Shown: positions 1-11,798, numbered from the stretch's first letter. The stretch is 64,000 nucleotides of DNA from Octopus vulgaris (GCA_951406725.2 OX597815.1:33852001-33916000); one strand, 5' to 3'. A program made the numbers and translations. The notes: generated by a model not told the origin, from the sequence alone.

Positions 1-405
1 GTCTCACCAGCGTGACATAGAGTGGCAGGAATATGGCTGCTGTGAGCATTCCGAATGACCGTCGAATCAAAAACAGAATTCCGCGCGCTTTGTTGGCAGC
101 ATGGACGCACTGGGCCGAAGGCGAAAAGGAGGAATCCACCAAGATACCCAGGTCCTTTACCTGATCGGTCCTCTCCAGCAGCAGACGACCCGGCTCGAAA
201 TCAAGTTGAGTTGCAGGAGTAGAGCCGACAGGCAGATGACAGCACTTCGACACGTTCAGACACAGGTCCCAATCGTTAGACCACTTCCAAATTTGGTGGA
301 GGCATCGACGAAGATCCTCTATACTACCGCGAGGAGCGACCAGTTTGATATCGTCGGCAAATAGAAGGGTGTGTTGCGTGAGGTCGTCGGGCAAGTCATT
401 TATGA
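1..405 (-). mobile_element. CR1-clade LINE reverse transcriptase fragment (runs off window start)
   Basis: Minus-strand translation reads FINDLPDDLTQHTLLFADDIKL...WSNDWDLCLNVSKC...VKDLGILVDSSFSPSAQCVHAANKARGILFLIRRSF, the RT catalytic region plus a CR1-type downstream region. CpG-rich, so probably young. Confidence 0.85.
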
Positions 406-740
406 AGACTAGGTGAGAATTGGTGACAGGAAGGGTGTCCAACCATATAAAACCTGCCTCAATAAATTCCATCTGATCCTTGCAAGCATGGAAAAATGTA
501 TATTAAAAAGATGATGATGGTATTCTATACTTTGTATAATGTACAGACTGAAGCTTGGCACAGCTTTCCAGCATGCCAGCCCAGTCAAACTGTCCAACCC
601 ATACCAGCATGGACAACAGACATTAAATGATGATGATGTGGCAGAAATCTGGCCACCATGGATTACAGAAGCCTAATGAATCACAGTAAATGTATCTGAT
701 TCATATTGTCAGTGTTGTTTGCAAAATACAACTCACCAAA

Positions 741-776
<36 letters not shown>

Positions 777-1271
777 CTACACTACCCATGACCTATTGGG
801 TCACTGGGAAACTCAGTTTCCCAGCAACAGTTTTGTTTTGTGGGTCTTTTCTTTTCCAGGTTATTTTACATGCTTTCAAACAATGTGACATTGAAATCAC
901 CTGTAAACGGCTCCTTTCCCCCCAGAAAAGGAAAGATTTGGTTGCTATTTCTTGCACACCCTGCTACCATGTAACAGGTATGTCAGATCCTTTATCACAA
1001 ATAGCTGTTATGTAGTAGCGGGGCCTGCTAGAAATAGCAGCCAAATCTTTGGAGGTGAGATAACGAATGCATTCAAAAAAATACCCAGGGAAAAAAACTA
1101 TTTCTCACCGAGGTTACGAAGTGCATGATATATATGTGTTTATGTATGTATGTATGTATGCATGCAGATGTGTACATGCGTATGCATGTATGTACACATA
1201 TTTGTATGTATGCGAGCATTTACGTATATAAGTGTGTTGACGTATCTGCGTTTGTGAGTGTATGTAAACAT

Positions 1272-1680
1272 AGGCGCAGGAGTGGCTGTGTGGTAAGTAG
1301 CTTGCTAACCAACCACATGGTTCCGGGTTCAGTCCCACTGCGTGGCATCTTGGGCAAGTGTCTTCTGCTATGGCCCCGGGCCGACCAAATCCTTGTGAGT
1401 GGATTTGGTAGACGGAAACTGAAAGAAGCCTGTCGTATATATGTATATATATATAAGTGTGTGTGTATATGTTTGTGTGTATGTGTTTGTCCCCCTAGCA
1501 TTGCTTGACAACCGATGCTGGTGTGTTTACGTCCCCATCACTTAGCGGTTCGGCAGAAGAGACCGATAGAATAAGTACTGGGCTTACAAAGAATAAGTCC
1601 CGGGGTCGATTTGCTCGACTAAAGGCGGTGCTCCAGCATAGCCGCAGTCAAATGACTGAAACAAGTAAAAGAGTAAAGAG
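1272..1680 (+). mobile_element. tRNA-derived composite SINE with CORE-like body, full length
   Basis: Head has A-box-like TGGCTGTGTGGT and B-box-like GGTTCAGTCCC, then CORE-like TTGGGCAAGTGTCTT, an internal (TA)/(TG) tract and a tail ending ATGACTGAAACAAGTAAAAGAG. Near-identical copy at 58133-58552. Confidence 0.85.
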
Positions 1681-2058
1681 TATATGTTTATATACTGATA
1701 TGTATGTCTGTTCAAGTTGTATATGTGACTGCTGCTTTGTCGAAGGTTGTATGTATATATATTTGCTGTAAAAATACAAATATTTTTCCGTTGTCAAATC
1801 AGTCTAATTTCTTCCGTTTTAGGATGAAGTTGAATTCGAAGCATTTTCACATTATGCACCATTTTGGGTATTTATTCCCCAAACCCTGAATATCTCAATA
1901 ACTACTGCTCCAATTTACATGAAACATGTTTCATTCCATTCCTATTAACATTTCAGGGTAAATTTAATTCATAGTATTTTCCCATTATGCGCCAGTTTGC
2001 CTGGGTAACATTGCAATCAAGCAAAATTGAAACTAACTTTTAATGTATTATCTATATC

Positions 2059-2090
<32 letters not shown>

Positions 2091-2247
2091 CAGAAGTGGC
2101 TGTATGGTATGTAGCTTGCTTACCAACCACATGGTTTTGGGTTCAGTCCCACTGCTTGGCACCTTGAGCTAGTGTCTTCTGCAATAGCTTTGGACTGACC
2201 AAAGCCTTGTGAGTGGACTTGGTAGATGGAAACTGAAAGAAGGCTGT

Positions 2248-2293
<46 letters not shown>

Positions 2294-2303
2294 ATATGTT
2301 TGT

Positions 2304-3005
2304 GTGTGTGTTTGTGACATAGAAACTTTGAGAAAAGTTCAACACAACAGCACACCTTCCCCGAAAATACTGTCTTACATATCCACATACAACCCCAGAA
2401 ACAAAGAAGCCTTCACCATCATCACCCAGAATTTACCAATACTTCATAAGGACCCCAAATTAAAGGAAATTCTAAACACACATAAAATCATTAAAAGCTA
2501 CAAACAACCTAAATCACTAAAAAAGATTCTCACAAAGGCAAAATTGTTTTCTGAAATTACGGATGCAAAAGTAAAAAAATGTGGTAGACCAAACTGCGCA
2601 ACGTGCCCAAACCTTCTAGAAGGATCAGAATTCCTTTTCAAAGAGGGACAAAAATTCAAGATCAAATCTAATTTTACTTGTACTGCTGAAAACATAATTT
2701 ATGTCATAAGATGCTCGGGCTGCCACCAAAACTATGTAGGGTCCACGGGATTATCACTGAGACGCAGATGCACTCTGCATCAACAACAGATTGCTTTTCC
2801 AGAATACAGAATGATACCCTTTAGTGAGCATATTGAGAAATGCGCAAAGCAACTACTACCACAATTTTTAATCTTTCCATTCTATCAATGTACCATTGGA
2901 ACACCAAAACAAATTAGATTAAACAAGGAAACATTCTTCATTGAAAAATATAAGCCTAAACTTAACCATCCTAACATTCTTATACAGAGAAACTCATCTC
3001 ATTGA
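2304..3005 (+). mobile_element. Penelope-like element (PLE) 3' fragment: linker plus GIY-YIG endonuclease, 5'-truncated
   Basis: ORF contains KCGRPNCATC (Cys linker) and NIIYVIRCSGCHQNYVGSTG..LRRR...H, a GIY-YIG-type motif, followed by RLNKETFFI. Starts next to a (TA)n/(TG)n tract and has no RT. Confidence 0.85.
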
Positions 3006-3100
3006 AAAAAAGAAATAAATATAAAACGATTATCTCCCTTATACGGGGGAAATCCCGGATTACCTCCCCCTGCCTGGAACTCTTCCTTGCATTACATAAC

Positions 3101-3150
3101 GAAGACATGATGAGAAATTTGAAAAGTTTACACGAAACCGGTTATTTCTC
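3101..3150 (+). ncRNA. Degenerate hammerhead-like motif in the PLE 3' pseudo-LTR
   Basis: GAAGA-CATGATGA-G...C-GAAA-CCGG-TTA-TTTC lies about 100 nt after the GIY-YIG stop, with a palindromic CCGG stem III. The core start deviates from CUGAUGA. Confidence 0.45.
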
Positions 3151-3662
3151 CAAAAACTATGTTACTATACACAAAATTTTCTAACATTTTTCTAACATAA
3201 CGACTTAAATATATTCTTTAACCTTATAAAACAAGCCTTCTGTAATTTTTTCACTCTTTTCTATTTTATATATATATATATATATACATAAAAATAATCG
3301 TCATCATCATTTAGCATCCTCTTTTCATGCTGATATAGGTTGGACAGTTTGACATGGAGCTGGCTAGCAGAGAGCTGTCCAGACTCCAATTGTCTGTGGT
3401 TGCTTAGTTTCTATGGCTGGATGCCCTTCCTAACGTCAACCACTTAACTGAGTATGCTAGGTACTTTTTATGTGCCACTGGCACAAGTGCATTCATGTAG
3501 TACCGGCATGGGCGCATTAATGCAGCACTGATGTACATGTATGTGTGTGTGAGTATCCTACTCATGTCAGCATGGAAGGTGGACATTAAAAGATGATTAT
3601 ATATATATATATATATAAGTAAATAAATGGAGTTTAACGCAGGTGTTATTCAAATTCTTTTA

Positions 3663-3748
3663 CTTTCGACATGTGTTTCGAAGACAACATTGGTTTTATT
3701 CCAAAGGAATAAACGGTGTAAAATAATGTAATCTTCTCATCAGGAAAG
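3663..3748 (-). ncRNA. Type I hammerhead ribozyme motif, canonical core
   Basis: Minus strand reads CTTTC-CTGATGA-GAAGA-[47-nt structured insert]-TCTTC-GAAA-CACAT-GTC-GAAAG. Stem I is CTTTC/GAAAG, stem II is GAAGA/TCTTC, stem III is short with palindromic ACATGT, and the cleavage triplet is GUC. Confidence 0.8.
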
Positions 3749-4030
3749 AAAGAGGACCTATCTCAACAACAAGACATTATAACAATTTTGATGACTGCAT
3801 AAATGATAAACAGAACGCTATTAAGTATTTAAAAAAAAAACGTCAGTAGATCTGACGTCAACTCCATTTATTTACTTATACTATACAAATTACTGCACAT
3901 TAACTCGGAGTTTCTACCTTTGAATAGGTTGCTACATCCTTGTTACTTGTGTGAATTTTGCTACCCTGGTAACTGTTTATTGAATTTTCCATGTTAATGG
4001 TAAACAAAAGATAATTCATTCATCTATATT

Positions 4031-4062
<32 letters not shown>

Positions 4063-4065
<3 letters not shown>

Positions 4066-4250
4066 TTTTATTCCTTTACTTGTTTCAGTCATTTGACTGT
4101 GGCCAATAGACCCCAGGACTTATTCTTTGTAAGCCTAGTTCTTATTCTGTCGGTCACTTTTGCCATACCACTAAGTTACAAGGGGACACAAATACACCAG
4201 CATTGGTTATCAAGCAATTTGTGGGGACAAACATACACACACACACACAT
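4063..4250 (-). mobile_element. SINE 3' half (family of 1272-1680)
   Basis: Reverse complement of the ...TGACTGAAACAAGTAAA tail and internal body. Confidence 0.7.
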
Positions 4251-4289
4251 ATATGTATGTATGTATGTATGTGTGTGTGTGTGTATATA

Positions 4290-4338
<49 letters not shown>

Positions 4339-4517
4339 CAAATAAGAAAATGGAGAAACAAATTTAGTTTCTTCATCAACTTTCGGATATTAGAATGTTG
4401 GATTATTTATTCATTTAACAAAATGAGAACCTTAATAGCATACATATATATCTTATAATTCAATACAAGAATACAAATTATAAAAATCATAATATAAATT
4501 ATTGAAATCATTAAAAT

Positions 4518-4655
4518 CCCTTCTTACAGCTGTTTCAGCCTATGGTTAAAAGTAGTTATTTTTATTGCCTATAGTTGTCAATATATTGAGGTTGTAGGCA
4601 TTTAAAAATAGGGTACTTATATATATAACCATAGGCCTTGTCAGAGGTTATAAGG
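4518..4655 (-). ncRNA. Type I hammerhead motif with G8A variant core (CUGACAA)
   Basis: Minus strand reads CT-CTGACAA-GGCCTATGGTTA-[long insert]-TAACCATAGGCT-GAAA-CAGCT-GTA-AG, with a 12-bp stem II and palindromic CAGCTG stem III. It lies inside inverted repeats at about 4335-4392 and 5203-5265. Confidence 0.65.
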
Positions 4656-5446
4656 AACTTTAAAAATATTAATATTAATACACGAAACATGATACACGTA
4701 TTATTTAATATATATAAAAAAATATGAACAAATATCCATATAGACATATACACATACACATATATACATACATAAGCAGAGTGTATATACTTTTACATGT
4801 GTAAAAATACATAAATAAACACAATTAAACAATAGGTCCAAGTAAATATACCATTCTTCATATACATATATATACATATACTGGAACATATAAACACATC
4901 TATGCTTATGACCACATAAATAATAATCAATTATTAATATTATTATTATTATTATTATTATTTTTCTTTTTTTCTTTTATCAATAATAACAATATTATTA
5001 TATTTATAGTAATCTTCACTTGACAATACATATAATAGATTCTAACATATCAAATATTACGATACAAGATAAACAATCAACAATCCATTCAAATAAATAT
5101 ATGTATATATACATACATATATATATGTATACAAATATACATGCATATAAACATATAAAAAACATACAGTTAGACTATGGTTTTCAGTATATAGTTCAAG
5201 CGTAATATCCATATGAGGATTTGAACAAGCTAAATTTGTTTCTCCATTTTCTTATTTGTATTATAAATTAACGGTAAAAATATTTCTTTACCTTCACTTG
5301 TTTAATGCAATAAATAAGTTAATTGCATTGCAATTAAAAACATTTATGTATTAAGAATCTGGGTACTTTACCAACAGTATATTGGATAAATACTATCCCT
5401 TAGTGGGTTACATCCATAACCCCTAACTTTGTGTTTTATATATATA

Positions 5447-5494
<48 letters not shown>

Positions 5495-5499
<5 letters not shown>

Positions 5500-5693
5500 C
5501 ACACACAACGGGCTTCTTTCAGTTTCTGTCTACCAAATCCACTCACAAGGCTTTAGTCAGCCTGAGGCTATAGTAGAAGGCAGTTGCCTAAGATGCCATG
5601 CAATGGGACTGAATCCGGAACCATGTGCTTTGTAAGCAAGCTACTTACCACAGCCATTCCTGTGCCTATACTTACCACACTGCCATGTCTGCG

Positions 5694-5700
<7 letters not shown>
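5495..5700 (-). mobile_element. SINE 5' half (family of 1272-1680)
   Basis: Reverse complement of the tRNA-like head and CORE-like body. Confidence 0.75.
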
Positions 5701-5721
<21 letters not shown>

Positions 5722-5726
<5 letters not shown>

Positions 5727-7105
5727 TCATCATCATTGTTTAACGTCCATTTTCCATGCTAGCATGGGTTGGACGGTTCGACCAGGGTCTGGGAAGCCAG
5801 GAGGCTGCACCAGGCTCCAGTCTGATCTGGCAGTGTTTCTACAGCTGGATGGCCTTCCTAACGCCAACCACTCCGTGAGTGTAGTGGGTGCTTTTTACAT
5901 ACCGCTGACAGCGGCCACAATCAGTTGGTGCTTTTTACATGCAACCACCATGGAACCCAGTCAAGGCGGCGCTGGCATTGTCCACGTCTGGATGGTGCTT
6001 TTGACATGCCACTGGCACAGGTATCACAACTACAATTTCCATTTGATTTTTATTTTGATGTTGATGTACTTGACTCAATAGGTCTCCTCAAGCACAGCAG
6101 GTCACCCTACAATCCAAGGTACTTTGGATGGGCTGGTGCAGGAAACAGCCATGAACTCATGTTATTTGTTGGGCCTTCACAGTCACAGCATATCTCCAGA
6201 GATCTCGGTCTTTTGTCATTGCCTCTGTGAGGCTCTACGTTCGAAGGTCATGCTTGACCACCTCATCCCATGTCTTCCTGGGTCTACGTCTACCCTGGAT
6301 TCCTTCAACTGTTTGGGAGTGGCTCTTCTTCACACATCTCTCCTCATTCATCCGTAGTTCATAACCATACCAGTGCAAACGTCTCTCTTGCATGCCACAT
6401 CCAATGCTTCTTATGTCCAGCATTTCTCTCTGGGCGCTTACACTCTGTCATGTGTGCACACTGACATTACGCATCCAGCGGATCATGCCAGCTTCATTTC
6501 TTTCAAGCCTACGCATCTCCTCTGCAGTCACAGCTCATGTCTCTCTACCGTGAAGCATGGCAGTTCACACACATGCGTTGTACAATCTACCTTTCACTCT
6601 GAGCAAGAGACTCTTTGTCACCAGAAGGGGGTAGAAGCTTTCTAAACTTTGCCCAGGCTATTCATATTCTTGTGGTGACACTCTCTGAGCATCCACCTCC
6701 ACTACTAACTTGGTCACCTAGGTAGCGGAAACTATCAACTACTTCTAGTTTCTCCCCCTGGAGTGTGATGGAATCTGTTTTCTGAGTATCTGTGGTGTCT
6801 ATTGCCCCTGTGCATCTGCCGCACACGAAAGCTATCTTCTCGGTTAATTTTCCTCTGATATTGCTGCACCTCTTATGCGTCCATAGCTTACACTGAGTAC
6901 ATCCTATGGAGTTTCTACCTACACCTTTTCTACAGATCAAGCAGGGCCACCTACCTGAGGGTGTGTGTGATGAGTTCGCCTTCCTACTTTGGTCTTTGCT
7001 ACATTTACTCTAAGGCCTTTTGATTCTAAACCTAGCTTCCACACCTGAAATTTCTTTTTTAGTTCCGGTAGTGATTCTGCTATGAGGGCCAGGTCATCAG
7101 CATAG
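5722..7105 (-). mobile_element. RTE-clade LINE, 5'-truncated and frameshifted
   Basis: YADD at 7093-7104 (minus), a Cys/His cluster, EKLEVVDSFRYLG, RRLHWYG and GRRRPRKTWDEVVKHDL, then a 3' UTR ending in an (ATG)n tail seen as (CAT)n at about 5724. Confidence 0.9.
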
Positions 7106-8227
7106 TGGTGCAGTTAAGTATATGTCTGGTCATAGTGACTAACTGTTTTACATCCGTAAAGGGCTTAGCCTGTATATATAAATACATATGGCACAGTCAT
7201 AGCTGTGTGCTAACAAGTTTACTTTCCAGCTGCATAGTTCTGAGTTCAGTCCCCTTGTGTAACACCTTGCCAAGCGTCATCTACTATAACCCTAAGTTGA
7301 TCAAAGCCTTATGTGTAGATTTGGTTGATGGAAACTGAAAAAAGCTCATAGTGTGTGTATTTTTGTCTCTCCTCATCTTGACATCCTGTGATAGTTGTAA
7401 ATGAGTGTCACTGTCATACAAGCAGTGTCATTCATTTCCAACATTCTGTGAAAATATGTCTAGTCATAGTGAAATATTACCTAGCTTGGAAACAGGTGAG
7501 GGTTGATGACAGCAAGGTATCTGGACATAGAAAATCTGCTTCAATAAACTCCATCCAACCCATGCAAGCATGGAAAAGTGGATATTAAATGATGATGATA
7601 TGGGCTGAAGGCTAACCTTTATACTTGGTTGGAAAAAGGTAGTCATGATGCTACGATAACATTCTGAACAATAATTTTAGACAATTTTTTTGAATTTCCT
7701 ACCTCTGCCACATGTGGACATGCTTATAAAATTTCAAAAAAAAAAAATGCAGCACTCATCATCATCTTTTAATGGCTGCTTTTCTTGAAATTCACCAACA
7801 CTACTCCTGACATGCCTATGCACCTTTTCCTCTTTATGATTCTTTTAACCCATATATGCCCATAAAAAAAATGAAGTCTTAAAATTTTAGTGTATTTAGA
7901 TTACATGTTATGGTAAGTATGCAACTGTTAGCTACAGGTGTTGACTACCTACTGGACATTTCGTGTGTTTTAGTCAAATGCTTCCTGGTGAATTCATGTT
8001 CAAACAAGTGGGAGCAGGTTTTGCATTATGAAAATGCAACCAGGGGTATATATGGGTTTAATGTCCATTTATCTATATTTTTGTGTTTCATTCTGTATAC
8101 TGGCATGTACTTCTAGCCTTCATTGGTGTCTTCCTTTATTTGACATATACATCTGCTTTCTGTCCTTCCTTTTAGTCTTTTCTGACAAGTTATAGTGCAC
8201 CTAAGTACATATATATAATAAGCTCAT

Positions 8228-8258
<31 letters not shown>

Positions 8259-8600
8259 CATCATCATCATTTAACGTCCGTTCTCCATGCTAGCATGGGT
8301 TGGACGGTTCGACCGGGGATCTGGGAAGCCAGAAGGCTGCACCAGGCTCCGGTCTTATCTGGCAATGTTTCTACAGCTGGATGCCCTTCCTAATGCCAAC
8401 CACTCCGTGAGTGTAGTGGGTGCTTTTTACGTGCCACCTGCACTGGTGCCAGGCGAGGCTGGCATCGGCCACGGTCGGATTGGTGCATTTTACGTGCCAC
8501 CTGCACGGAAGCCAGTCGAGGCGGCACTGGCTTCGGCCACGATTCGGATGGTGCTTTTTACGTGCCACCGACACGGAAGCCAGTCGAGGCGGCGCTGGCA
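8259..8600 (-). mobile_element. RTE 3' UTR fragment / RTE-tailed short element
   Basis: (CAT)n followed by TTTAACGTCCGTTCTCCATGCTAGCATGGGTTGGACGG, matching the 3' end of the RTE at 5722. Other copies at about 13175-13560, 14642-14955, 16580-16938, 33820-33965, 36718-36960, 44460-44680 and 53425-53760. Confidence 0.8.
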
Positions 8601-9105
8601 TATATTATGTCTAATATATATCATAAGATATGTACTAGTAAGCTTGTTTGCTGTGATGTGCTGGGAAAACATTTGTAGAATTGGTTTACTTCTTGCTGAT
8701 CTGAAAATGGTAAATGAAGAGACACCCAGTAACATTTGCAACTCACAGATCTTTACATTGGGTTTGTCAAATGTGACTCTCAGAGTTTAGGCAGAATGAA
8801 GCATTACTTTCCAGTAAGTACATTAATATCCCAGTGCTGCGTCATATATCATGTAGTTACTGTATTTCATACATTTGCATAGAAATAAATAATAAATAAA
8901 TAACATAGGTGCAGGAATGGTTGTGTTGTAAGTAGCTTCCTTACCAACCACATGGTTCTGGGTTCAGTCCCACTTAAGCCACTCAAGCTGCTTATAATAG
9001 ATCTCTTTTGTTATTGTTTGGTTTGAGTTTAAAAGTTCAAAGTCGACTTAACCTTTCATATCCCACAAAACAGATAACAACACCTTATGTGGATGAAAGC
9101 CTTCT

Positions 9106-9502
9106 TTAGCCTGGGATGCTGGTGTTTCTCCTTTCCCTATCCACTAGGCTGTAGTTTCCTGCTTGGAATTTCTGGAACCACCTTTGATACTGGTTTTTAC
9201 TTATTGTCCGATCCCCATATACTGCATTAATATTCCTAGCACTTTCCATTACATTGTTGCCTTTATTGAGGTCATAAAGCAAAATATGTTGAATATGCGC
9301 CTTTGTCACTTGCATTATAGCTTTGATAAAATTACTGTTAAAATCGAACTGCACTTTTCAAAACTTGCACTAAGAATAAGTACAAGGTAAAATTACTACC
9401 TGCTTTTATAGCAAGTTGATGCAAGTAGTTTATTCTATCCCCCTGAGACTTTTAGTTCATGCAACTGAAAAAAACCCACATTATTTATGGGATGACCCAA
9501 TA
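9106..9502 (-). mobile_element. mariner transposon 5' relic (N-terminal HTH region and left TIR)
   Basis: MQVTKAHIQHILLYDLNKGNNVMESARNINAVYGDRTIS..QRWFQKFQAGNYSL resembles the mariner N-terminus. TIR-like TATTGGGTCATCCCATAAATAATG at 9479-9502 (minus). Confidence 0.8.
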
Positions 9503-9967
9503 TATGAAAGGCAAATCCATGAATAGAAGACAGGAGAAAACAACAAAAGTCAATTGGACATATACAGAGGATATATTAGATAACCAAAGAAAGTTTAGAT
9601 AGAAAAATAGGAGTATTTGCGTGTGTGTATGAAAGTGTTTTTACCGGTGAGTGTGTGTATACAGGTGTGTATGTAAGTGTATATGGGAAGTCTTTTGTAC
9701 ATGCTTATGATTTATCATCATCTTCCATGCATGCGTGGGTAGGACAGTTCACAGGAGTTGGCCAGGTGGAAAAACCACTCTATGCTACTGTGTCTGTTTT
9801 GAAAGGGTTTTAATGGCTGATGCCCTTCCTAACATCAACCACTCTGCAGAATGGACTCAGTGCAGAGGGATTATATGACTATACACACACACACACACAC
9901 AAGGGAATACACACAAGAAACCGAAATTTTGCAATATTATTTTATTCACTTAATTTTACATGTTTAT

Positions 9968-10462
9968 CATCATCATCATCATTGTTTGACCGTGGTCGAG
10001 ACAATGGAATTTACCATGCTACGCCAGACTTCACGGTCCATCATGGCATTACGGAGGTCCTGTTGCTGGATGCTTGTATCCCTGGAGATTACATCAGGGT
10101 AGGAGAGTATGCGCCCTCTGGTATTGCGAGTAGATGGCTTCCAGAGGAGAAGAGTAGAAATTACTTCTTTTTCAGCTCTACAACAATGTCCAGCAAACTG
10201 GACTCTCCTACCTTTCACAAGAGATGACACAGGTGGTAGTTTCCCATATATTTGCATTTCAGTTGGATGGCGCTTCCACGAGAGATTTTGAGCTCTCATA
10301 AGGAGGCGAGTGTAGGTTCCATCCAACCGCCTCTCAAGCTTCTTTGATAATGTCCAGGTTTCTGAGCCATATAGTAGAATTGGTTCGACTGTGGCTTTGA
10401 AGATTTCAAGTTTGAAGTCTCTACTTAGATTTGGTGACCAGATCTTATGCATGTCATTACAT
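9968..10462 (-). mobile_element. Non-LTR retrotransposon 3' fragment (RTE/RTE-X-like)
   Basis: Uninterrupted ORF 9979-10452 reads FKATVEPILLYGSETWTL...TYTRLLMRAQNLSW...RVQFAGHCCR...AMMDREVWR. The stop runs directly into a (TGA)n tail. Confidence 0.85.
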
Positions 10463-10463
10463 G

Positions 10464-11798
10464 TTTAACTTTTACTGCCTTCAAAGTATTCTCCATTTGA
10501 AACAGTTCATTGGTCTGGAGGTGTTTTCCACTGTTCAAAGCAGTCTTGGAACTCTTGGAAAGTGATGCCTTTTAATGCCTCCGTTGTTTTTTCTTCACCT
10601 CTTCCTCATCTGCAAAACATTTTCATTTAAGGTCTTTTTTCATTTGGGGAACAAAAAATGTCACAGGGAGCAAGATTGGGTGGGTAAGTGAGGTCATGCC
10701 ATTTTTAGTCAAAAACTGTCTTACACTCTTGGCAGTGTGTGCAGGCGCATTGTTGTGATGAAACCACCACTCTCCACTTTGCCACTGGTTGGAGTGTTTT
10801 CATCTCACCACATCTTGCAAATGCTTCAGAACTGCCTAGTAAAATGTCTGGTTAACAGTTTGATCAGGAGGAACAAATTTTGTGTGGACAATTCCTTTCG
10901 CATTGATGGAACAAATCAGCATTGTCTTGACTTTGGACTTCACTTGACATGCTTTTTTGGGGCGTGATGACATTCAATGCTTCTATTGGCTTGATTGCCA
11001 CTTCATTTCCAGATCATAATTGTAGCACCACCTTTTGTCACCAGTGATGACCTTTGAATAAAAGTCTAGATCAACTTCCAACTGTTCTTTCACTTCACAA
11101 TATGCATTCAGTTGTAACTGCTTTTGATCTTCCTTGAGCCAGCGAGGTTTAAATTTTGCTGCAACTCTTTTCATTCGCAATTCATCACTCAAAATTCATT
11201 GGCTGGAACTCCAGGACACACCAGTCAGTTGTTTGGTGATGGTCCTCTAAGATCAGTTCATGAAGTTTCGTGATGTTTTCATTTGTTTGGGAGGTCAATG
11301 GTAGCCTTGAAAGAGGTTGGTCCTCAAGTGACAAATGACAATTCCTACAGTGTGAAAACCACTCATAAACTTGTGTTTTGCTCATGGCAGCATCCTTGTA
11401 AGCTGTTTTGGCAGCATCCCTGTAAGCTGTTTGAGGCATAACATCTGTTTTGGTAGTGTCCTTGTAAGCTGTTTGGGGCATAACAACTGTTTTGGCAGTG
11501 TCCTTGTAAACTGTTTGGGGCATGACAACTGTTTTGGCTGCTGTTTTCCCCAGCAGAAAACAGAATTTCATGGAAGCATGCTGTTCTTTTGTTTTAGCCA
11601 TCACAAAACTTGACAATCACAGGAGAAGCACCGCAAAACAAAGATGCATCGTGTGGCAGTACGACTTCACTCAACACTGCCTGTTGGCAGACTGATGCCT
11701 GTGAGTTACATCAAGTGGCTTCTAGCGGCAAAGCCTGAACTACAGTGACCTTGTCCCACAGAGAGCATTTCCAGTTACTTTTGGGTTCCTCCTTGTAT
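10464..11798 (-). mobile_element. Degenerate mariner transposon (pseudogenised transposase)
   Basis: Fragments EQHASMKFCFLLGKTAAKT, MSKTQVYEWF, KRVAAKFKPRWL and KVITGDKRWCY. Terminal sequence ends ...GGTTCCTCCTTGTA. Contains stops and frameshifts. Confidence 0.85.

Noticed and set aside
101-364. 87-aa + strand ORF
   Set aside because: It is the antisense shadow of the CR1 RT fragment on the minus strand.
706-1508. Numerous short ORFs rich in YI, HT, CV or poly-H/D here and throughout the window
   Set aside because: They are translations of (TA)n, (CA)n and (CAT)n microsatellites and SINE bodies.
2304-3005. Domesticated stand-alone GIY-YIG nuclease gene
   Set aside because: It begins in a microsatellite with no true start or splice acceptor and is followed by a pLTR-like hammerhead remnant. 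A 5'-truncated Penelope insertion explains it.
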